Source: the human T2T-CHM13v2.0 reference genome, Homo sapiens. From it: a stretch of DNA of 64,000 nucleotides. Shown one piece after another: positions 48,141 through 64,000 of this stretch (position 1 is its first letter; each line of letters opens with the position of its first letter). The notes beneath the pieces are model-generated. The model was not told the DNA's origin. It saw nothing but the letters and a program-made list of their open reading frames with translations, and did no database searches. The stretch lies in assembly GCF_009914755.1 (NCBI RefSeq), contig NC_060936.1; one strand, given 5' to 3'. The position numbers and the translations under genes were made by a program.

Positions 48141-49301
48141 CTCCCTCTCTCCTTTTGTTCCTGCAATGTCTTTGTTCTATGTGATTTTTCAAAATGCTAG
48201 GAGACAGGAAGGAGGCTGCTGTGTGTTGAGGGCCTACTCTGTGCCAGGCGTGGTACCAAGAACTTTTGCTAAACTTCTTATTTAATCCTTAAAATGACCC
48301 TGTGAGATTGGGATTAACCCTGTTTTGCAGATGAAGAGCTTGTGTCTCCAGAGGCAAAGTATGGGGGAAGAGGGAAGAGAGAAGACCAAGGGTCCCTGAG
48401 AGGGGCTGTCACCTAAGCCCCAGTATCCAAGCTCGGGCTCGAAGCTGGAAGGAGAATTGCCTAGAGGAACGATACCTTTCTGTTTGTTGGTTCTATCTCC
48501 AACTTGGCTTCTGAAACCCCAACAGAGTCCAGTTCTTGTGGGCTGGAGCCGTTTTCCCTCCTTTATAAAACTAGGCCATATTAAGAATGTCCCGCTGTCC
48601 AGGGCCACAGGCCCGAGTTGCCAGGAGCTGAGGTCTGCAGGAGGAGAGTTGTGAGTGAAGAGGAGGGAAAGTTGAATTTGGCTCTTCTGGGCACAAATAA
48701 TTCTCTTGTTCTGCCTCAGCAGGAGCCTGCAGAATATTTCCCTGCTGTGCGGGCTTAAGTAGCTTCAAGGTTAAAAGCTGGTAGGCCTTCTAAACTTCTC
48801 AGGGCCCAATCAGCCCTGTGCCCCAAGGCAGGTGGAGTTCTGTGCTGGAAGACCAAGTTCTGAGGCCAGACACTGCGTCTGTCATGCTCATAGCTGCATT
48901 TGCTAGCTGCCAGCCTGGCACATGGTAGGTGTGCATTAAGCGTGTGTTGAGTTTACTCAAATTGAAATTAAGTCACAGCTGTACCATTTAACTGGCTGTG
49001 TGACTTCAGGTAAGTCACATCACCTCTCTGAACCACAGTTTCCTCCTCTGTAAGACGGGACTGATAACAGCAGCCCCTACCTCATGAGAGTGTTGGGAGA
49101 CTTGGATGAATGGATGCTTGTGAAGCACTTAGTGCCGGGGCCAGCTGGCTCACAGTAGGTGCTCCACAAATGTCAGTATATTACTTCTTTTGCATCAGGC
49201 AGCTTGTTAAATTTGTTACGTTTGGCATCTTGTTCAATTTCCCATCCATCCCCTCAAGCATAGGTTATTAGAGGTTGAAGCATCTTGCCCAAAGTTAACG
49301 G

Positions 49302-49315
49302 CCAGTAGGTGGCAG
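49302..49315 (+). promoter_or_regulatory. CTCF consensus motif within a MIR-like element
   Basis: ggCCAGTAGGTGGCAG matches CCASYAGRKGGCRS; binding is not shown by sequence. Confidence 0.5.
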
Positions 49316-49573
49316 AGCTGAGTCCTGAAGCCAGAGCCCATCGCACTAACCACCGGCCTACCCAGCCTACAGTTGGTCGTGCCCTCTGCTGGGTCTTTTC
49401 TATTCCCAGCCCAGAAACTGGGTGTCTGGGGACGCTCCCCAGAGAAAGTTGCATCATTCACCAGCCGTGTGACTGTGGCCAAGTCTCGGTCACTTCTCCA
49501 TACCTCAGTGTTTCCATTTGCAAAACGGGAACAATGATATTCCTTCCTCCTAGGGGTCATCGGGAAGGTCAAA

Positions 49574-49896
<323 letters not shown>

Positions 49897-50021
49897 TGAG
49901 TGAGGGTCACATAGGGTAGCCTGGGGTGCCCATGGACCTAAGTCTGCAGAGGGAGTCAGGGTTCCCATCACCAAGAGCAAGCCCCTTGTGGAAGCTCTGA
50001 TCTAGCATAAAATAAAGAAAA

Positions 50022-51460
<1,439 letters not shown>

Positions 51461-52145
51461 AGAATTTTAATTCACACAGCTGTAAAAAACCAATGATTCT
51501 GATCAGTGGGCAGTGATTCAGGGGCCCAGGCTCCTTCCATCTAATGGCTCTGCCGTTTTTCCACGTGCTTTTGAGGTCACCTCAATGTCACCATTCACAT
51601 GGGCTGGTGACTGCAGAAGGATCATGCAGGACCACACGTGCAGAGTCTTTAGAGTCCCTTGGCCAGAAACAAGTCACACAGTCACATTTAGCTGCGAGAG
51701 GGTCTAGGAAATGTAGGTGAGCTGTGTGCCCAGGGGGAGGAGGAAAAGTTGTAGGAGCGGCAAGTCGATGTCTGCCACCAGTGTTTACAAGGAGGGGTGC
51801 TTGCAGCCAGACTGAACAGTGTGGCTCATAATCCCCAAAGCCAGGTCAAGGACTTCACTGAAACTCATCAGCCATGTAATCCCATGCTGGAGGTGCACTC
51901 CATATGGTTATGATGGGGCATCCTTCATTCCCTCTCTTCTTTATTCTATTAATGGGGAAATATTGGAAAATTTAGGAGGGAGAAGACCCAAGGCATTTGG
52001 GGAGTTGCAGGAGTGAACGTGGTGGATTTCTGGGTTTTGGACACACTCCAAGCTCCTGATCATGCCACAGCCCCATGCCAGCTGACCTAAGGTTTTTTGC
52101 CCAGCTCAGGGCATTGGGTGATCGAACTCTTCATGACCCTTCCAG

Positions 52146-52260
52146 GGACTGGAGCCAACAGACCTTTGACTATCTCCTGAGCCATGTCCATTCTCCCAAC
52201 GCTGAAAACCTGGGCCTGTTCCTAATCTCAGGCTACAACCTCTTCCATGAAGCCATTCCG
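52146..52260 (+). CDS. DAO: DAO exon 3 ([38 protein letters not shown]), 115 nt
   Basis: cttccag|G GAC TGG ... ATT CCG|gtgggt; frame continuous. Confidence 0.97.
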
Positions 52261-53036
52261 GTGGGTGAACAGTTCTTGACCATGAGGGATGAGCACCCAG
52301 GGCTGGGGTAGTGAGGGTGGGTGCAGCAGAGCCTTAATCACAGATGAGGGCGGGGTGCTTTGAGTCTCGTAGGCAACAGACTCCTGGGTTCAAAACAGGT
52401 TTGGTTTAAATTCTATTTTTGCTTTGAAAATTATTTTTGTTTTACATTTTGCTGTTAAATTGGCAGAGGACAAAGAATCTTCTGATGCCCAGGGGAAACT
52501 AGCCTTTGATTAGCATGGCTAAAATACAAACATGTTCTGCAGTGACGGGCACTTGGTGCTGAAGCCAAAAGGTTTCAAGTGCCCCTGAAGGTCCCAGGGC
52601 TTTTTATCAAGAAGAAATAAAATACTCATCAAAGCAAAAACTGCCAAAGCATTTATTATGTGCCAGGCCCAGTCCTAACTAATTTACAGCTAGCGACTAA
52701 TTTAATTCTCTTTATAACCGGGAGGTAAGGGCTGTCCTTATCCTCACTTAATAAATGAGAAAACGGAGGCTCCAAGAAATGGAGTAACTTGCCCAAGGCC
52801 ACAAAGCTCGCCAGTGGCAGAGCTGGGATTTGAACCCAGGCCATCTGTGACTCCATGGTGTCCAGTGTGCTAACAGGAACAGCACAGCCCTGGGACGGTT
52901 TGCTCAGGCTCCTTGGAGAGGGTGGTCTGGCGCTGTGCCCAGAGCCCCGTGCCAGCTCTCAAGGTTCATTCAACCTTTGGCACTGTGCTAAGGGCTTTAT
53001 CCACATTATCTGTTACCTTTCATGGGACCAAGAGTA

Positions 53037-54278
<1,242 letters not shown>

Positions 54279-54904
54279 TGACGAGTTAGCAGACCTGTCC
54301 AGAAGGCAGCAGAGGGTAGAGGCACCAGATTTCCTGTCCTACCCAGGCCCTGGTACCCTGGTCTCCTGGTCCTTGGTCCAGCTCCTTCAGAGAGGCTACC
54401 CACTCAAACCTGGCCTTGGGCTGGGAAGGTAGGGGGTATGAAATCACAGATCTCAAGCCCAGAAGCTCCATATCACCATATTGTTTTGTAGATGAAGATA
54501 CTGAGTTTCAGAGAGGCTAAGTGACTTCCTAAGGTCACACAGCCAAGTGGCCAAACTGGGATTCCAACCAGTCTGTATGACCCCACACCCCTCCTTTCTT
54601 TTCTCTACAGCCTGATGCCTCTCTGGTCTTCTCCTCACCCCACCCCACACCACACCTGAATCCCCTCTACGAATGCACATTCAATCTCCACTTGCATTTT
54701 CCAATGTCAGATATGGCCTTTTCTGATAGAAAAATTTTCCTTGCATTGAGCTCAAAACCACGTCCCCCCTTGAACTTCACGTAGTGGTCCTGGCACTACC
54801 CTTTGGGCCCACAGAACAACATTGCTCCCACCTCCATTTCACAGCCTTCAAATATAGCTCTGATTTTTACCTTTATTTCCACCTTTTGCTTACTGTGACT
54901 CTAG

Positions 54905-54970
54905 CTATGGCTGGTTCCACACAAGCCTAATTCTGGAGGGAAAGAACTATCTACAGTGGCTGACTGAAAG
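54905..54970 (+). CDS. DAO: DAO exon 5 ([21 protein letters not shown][R]), 66 nt
   Basis: ctctag|C TAT GGC ... GAA AG|gtgaga. Confidence 0.97.
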
Positions 54971-55519
54971 GTGAGATTTTAAGCTTCACTTTGAGGGAGG
55001 TACCTCCCAGAGACCAAGTTGTAGTGGAAGATGGTTCGTGGGCTTCCCTCAGCATGGACTAACCCCCAGGTTTGAAGAATACCCTTAGGCCTGGTGTGGG
55101 AGCTATCCTTGGTCCTGATCACCGCTGGGCACAGAGGCAATGGATCCTGAGCCTAGCTGAGCATCAGAACCACCTGGGCAGCTGTTTACACATGATGTCC
55201 ATTAACAACCTCTTTCAAATCCCTAATGTTTGTGTAATAGTTTTAGATGTATTCTTTTAAGGTTTCCAGATACATTTACATCATCTGCAAAACATAAGCT
55301 GCCTTTTATTTTTATCTCCCTCTCTCTTTTTTTTTCTTCTCTAACTGCTTTGGCCAATACCTCTAGAACAATGTTACTCATACAGATGATAGTGGATGTC
55401 TTTGACTTGTTCCTCATGTTAATAGGAATCTTGCAGTGTTCTAAATTAGCAAACACTCACTTGAGAGATACATTGGTATTTATATTCACATACATTCATA
55501 TTAAGGGAGATTCCATACC

Positions 55520-57160
<1,641 letters not shown>

Positions 57161-57677
57161 TGTTTCTAGTGTATTTCTAATCGTGATAGATGTTTTTCCT
57201 ATGGGATGTTTAAAAGGAGGGTGGATGTCCTCAGCCCACCTCCCTCCTCATGCCCGGCTTCTGACAAAGGGGAATTTGGCACTGGTACAACTCTCCCCTT
57301 CTCTACTCTGAATCTCATCGCCTTTGCTGTTACAAAGCAATGTGGTGGTCATAGGAAGTGCTGGGGGCTAAGAGGCCTGGGTTTGAGTTCCAACTCCATC
57401 ATTGACTCACTCTATGGCCTTCAGCAAGGCCCTTCCCCCACTCCATCTGCCCAACAAGGGGCTTGGACCATCTCTGGTTTCTCAAAGGAGATTTTGTGGA
57501 CCACCAGTCCAGTAGGTGCTCATGAGCTGATTTGATGACACAGCCATCTTCTCAAGCAGCATCCTGTGCAACTAACGTCCGCAGAAGGTTGTTTGGGAAA
57601 GGTCCCTGTGCCACCCTCTTGGTGGGATGGGGCAGATAGCTGAATACTGGGCTTTTTGATGTGTTTGATCATCCCAG

Positions 57678-57732
57678 GTTAACTGAGAGGGGAGTGAAGT
57701 TCTTCCAGCGGAAAGTGGAGTCTTTTGAGGAG
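57678..57732 (+). CDS. DAO: DAO exon 6 (LTERGVKFFQRKVESFEE), 55 nt
   Basis: atcccag|G TTA ACT ... GAG GAG|gtgagt. Confidence 0.97.
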
Positions 57733-58958
57733 GTGAGTTGCAGGGCTGATGCGGTGGATGGGGCAGGGAGAAGAGGGGAGGCCTCTGCTTCTTGCTGCTG
57801 AGTCGGGGGCTCCCTTCTCAGGCTCCTAGGGTCCCCACAGGCCTGCCTCAGACCCTTGCCCCAGAAGCACTCAGGTATTCTGAAGGAGGAAGTCTCTGCC
57901 TTCATGTTGGTAGTGGGAACAAAGGAACACTGGGATCATGGTGGCCATTAGGAGCTGATTTATATCTGAGACTCAATGAGTTTTGGGTCTAGAGAGCTGG
58001 CCGCATTTTCTCAGTGTCAGCTGCACTCCAAGGTCAGAACTTGGTTGCTTCCTAGCCCTACCGACATCTGTGTTGGTCTTTCTGCAAAGTCCAGGCCCTC
58101 AGCTGACTCACCTCTAAAGAAGCACCACCACCAATAATAATGACAGGAAAAGCCACCATCTCCAGGCACCAGCAAAAAGAGCTTTACTGTATGGCTTCAT
58201 TCAATCCCAGCATCTAAAACCCTGCTTGGCACAAGGAAGGCGCTCCGTACATGTAGCTACTAGTGCTATGTCATGAAGACTAACCTGCTCTGGTCAGGCC
58301 CTGATGGACACCGAAGATACATGGTCGACCCAATGCAGTCCTCATTCTCAGTCATTCACTCAGGAACAATAGTAGCGTCTTGCAATGTGTGTGTCCCTTA
58401 ACTTACTCGTGGTGAGAGTCACTGGGGCTGGGTTGGGGAGCTTAGGGGCTCACGATGCGTGCTTGAGATGAGATCATCTCATCTGTAGACAGAGCTGGGG
58501 TTCCAACGTGTCTTCTGCAAATGTCTTGGCAGAGTAGAAGGCAAGAGAATAAAGTTAAAAGGAGTCAGAAGGAGAAAGAGAACTCTCTCTGCTTCCTTTC
58601 TGACTTCTTTTGGGAGGTTCCAGGAAGATTTCCCCCATCCAAAGAACCGTTTTACAACCACTTTTATATTCAGAGTTGTGCAGGAGCCTCATAACAGCCT
58701 ATGAACAGCCATGGGCAGCCTCATTTTACAGGGGCAGCTGAGAATTAAGGAGGTAACCAGACATTTTCAAGGTCACACGTCAGATAAATGGCAGTATGAA
58801 AATTTGAAGCCAGGCCCCTCTGATTCCTCATTGAGACCTCTCCCCACTGTTCATCAGGGAGTAGACAGATTGAGGGTAGAAGAAAGGGGAAGAGAGAACA
58901 GGGAATACCAGGGTCTTCCCCACCTTTCATCCCCCACTACCCTGTTGGTTGCTACCAG

Positions 58959-59063
58959 GTGGCAAGAGAAGGCGCAGACGTGATTGTCAACTGCACTGGG
59001 GTATGGGCTGGGGCGCTACAACGAGACCCCCTGCTGCAGCCAGGCCGGGGGCAGATCATGAAG
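58959..59063 (+). CDS. DAO: DAO exon 7 ([35 protein letters not shown]), 105 nt; includes G183 and R199 (CGG at 59046-59048)
   Basis: ctaccag|GTG GCA ... ATG AAG|gtgagt; conserved VIVNCTG and RGQ motifs. Confidence 0.98.
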
Positions 59064-59399
59064 GTGAGTGTGAGGGTGAGACCCCTACCTTTTGTTAATA
59101 GGAAGATCATTCTGCATGCTTATTTCATCCCTCAAGATCATGGACAAATCAGGAACATCTGTTAGAGGAACCCCCCGGACTGCAGGGAATTGACATGTAA
59201 AAAAAACAAACCTGTCCCACCCCCATTGCTCTCTTTCAGGATTTCCTCTTGATCGTGAAGCATGCATGTATGCGCTTGTACCTATGTGGGAGCAGCATAT
59301 GCCTGTATTGCAATAAAAATAGCAAACATTAGAGTGTTTACCAAGCGCGAGATACAGTCCTAAGCACTTTATTGTGTTTATTATTATTATTAATTATTA

Positions 59400-59817
<418 letters not shown>

Positions 59818-59924
59818 TAACAGGCACAAGTTCACACGGTAGTACGCAGTGCAATTGGGATTGGAATCCAGGCAACCTGGCTTAAGAGCCTGTGCGTGCA
59901 AGCATTGTTCCATGCCTCCTCTTG

Positions 59925-60610
59925 CTGTGTGTGTGCATATGAGGGTATGTGTGTGTGCATGTATGTGTGTGTGTGTATGTAAGGGTATGTGTGCATATGA
60001 GGGTATGTGTGTGTGCATGTATGTGTGTGTGTGTATGTAAGGGTATGTGTGCATATGTGTGTGTGCATGTGTGAGGGTGTGTGTGCATGTGTGAGGGTGT
60101 GTGTGCATGTGTGTGAGGGTGTGTGCATATGTGATGGTGTGTGCACATATGTGAGGGTGTGTGTGCATGTGTGTGAGGGTGTGTGCATATGTGTGATGGT
60201 GTGTGTGCACGTATGTGGGGGTGATTGTGCATGTATGTGAGGGTGTATGTGCATATGTGTGATGGTGTGCGTGCATGCACACCATGTGAGGGGTATGTGT
60301 GTGTGCATGTGTGTGAAGGTGTGTGCGCATGTGAGAGTGTATGTACGTGTGTGATGGTGTGTGTGTGTGAGGGTATGTATGCATGTGTGTGAGGGTATGT
60401 GTGTGCATGTGTGTGAGGGTGTGTGCATGTATGTAAGGGTGTGTGTACATGCATGTGTGTGAGGGGTATATGTGTGGATGCATGTGAGGGTGTGTGTGCA
60501 TGTGTGTGAGGGTGTGTGTCTGAGGGTGTGTGTGTGCATGTGCACCTGTGAGTGTTCATAGGTGTGCAGGTGTGTGTGCTTCTGTGTGTAGGGGTGCGTG
60601 TGTGTGTTCC
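59925..60610 (+). repeat. Complex (TG)n/TGCATG/GAGGG simple repeat in DAO intron 7
   Basis: About 690 bp; includes a 58-bp direct duplication at the 5' end. Confidence 0.95.
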
Positions 60611-60627
60611 TAATGTGGGCTGATGGG

Positions 60628-61486
<859 letters not shown>

Positions 61487-61735
61487 TGTGTATGCATTTA
61501 CATGTGTGTACTGGTGCTTTTCTTCGGACATGTGGGTGAGGAGAAACAATGCTTCAGGGAGCAGGGGTGGCTGCCAATTAGGGCAGCTCTTCCTGCAAGA
61601 GGCAAGCAGTCAGGTGCAGACTTGGGCCATAGTGTCATGAGAGGTCTTATAAGGAATCAGCCTGGCCACTCTTGTCAGGACATCTGGCCACAGAGGGGAG
61701 CAAGGGCAGCCACATTGACTCACCTCCGCTGATGA

Positions 61736-61843
<108 letters not shown>

Positions 61844-61967
61844 TAAAATTGGACTGTTCTCGGGCAGAAGAGTGGTCCCCTTCATGCCCTCTTCATGACC
61901 CTGCTGCCTCCCCCAAGCTCCTTACTCCCTGCAGTTGTTCCCTTTCAATGTTTTTATGTACTTAGCT

Positions 61968-63372
<1,405 letters not shown>

Positions 63373-63412
63373 CTTTATTCATCTCAGAGCCTTCATTTTC
63401 CTTCATCCTTGA

Positions 63413-63556
<144 letters not shown>

Positions 63557-63778
63557 TAGGGAGGAGTAGCAGTGCCCTAAACCAAGGTCGTGGGAGCTTG
63601 GTAATGAGGACACTTCAGGACGGGAAGATGCCACCGCTGGGATAACTGGGCAAATTAATTCCAGCAAGGGATGTGGAACATAACAGAATTTGATAATGTA
63701 CAGGGAAGTTCTTGCTATGGGCTAATGAATCCTGTCTGGCCATGGCTGAGAGCCCTTGGTTTTCACATTTGTCTGCGA

Positions 63779-64000
63779 GTGATGATGACAGTAGTGATGG
63801 TGATGAGGATGAGTTGGTACTGATGGTGAGGAAAATGCTGAGAATGGTAATAGTGATGGTGATAAGGTGGTGACAGTTGTTAAAATTATGGTGGTGGCTG
63901 ATGGTGAGGGTAGTGGTTGATGATGGAATTGGTGGAAAGGTGGAAGCAGTAATGGTAATGATGTTGGTAGCTGATAAAGATGGTGTTGGTGGTAGTGGTG
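63779..64000 (+). repeat. Degenerate (TGG/TGA)n tract downstream of DAO exon 9
   Basis: Direct reading to the window end. Confidence 0.85.

Noticed and set aside
48561-48572. Another TATAAAA in DAO intron 1
   Set aside because: Isolated motif about 1.1 kb from exon 2 without supporting elements that I could identify; expected by chance

Overview
Human genomic DNA (SSH1/DAO locus, 12q24.11 from prior knowledge), very rich in Alu elements. The left part holds the 5' end of SSH1 (slingshot cofilin phosphatase 1, minus strand): CpG-island promoter, coding exon 1 (22188-22120), a 41-nt exon 2 (17370-17330) and a long intron 2 running off the left edge that contains MIR619. The right part holds DAO (D-amino acid oxidase, plus strand): non-coding exon 1 and coding exons 2-9 (codons 1-271), all with GT-AG boundaries and a continuous frame; the remaining exons lie beyond the window. 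The two genes are divergent, about 22.5 kb apart, and separated by nested Alu, L1, MaLR, ERV1-LTR and DNA-transposon remnants. Most notable observations: (1) a MIR-derived CTCF motif, direct-repeat half-sites and TATA box at the end of DAO intron 1, followed by eight ATGs in frame with DAO (possible N-terminally extended isoform); (2) a UG/UGCAUG-dense tract in DAO intron 7; (3) a rearranged MADE1 with two direct 19-bp SETMAR sites; (4) a 124-bp perfect AT-rich palindrome; (5) an AGCT/G-run minisatellite resembling an Ig switch region; (6) a competing stop-introducing donor after SSH1 exon 2. Exon coordinates were counted by hand; repeat boundaries and subfamilies are approximate and from memory of consensus sequences. 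Apart from the SSH1 and DAO exon fragments, the supplied ORFs look spurious.
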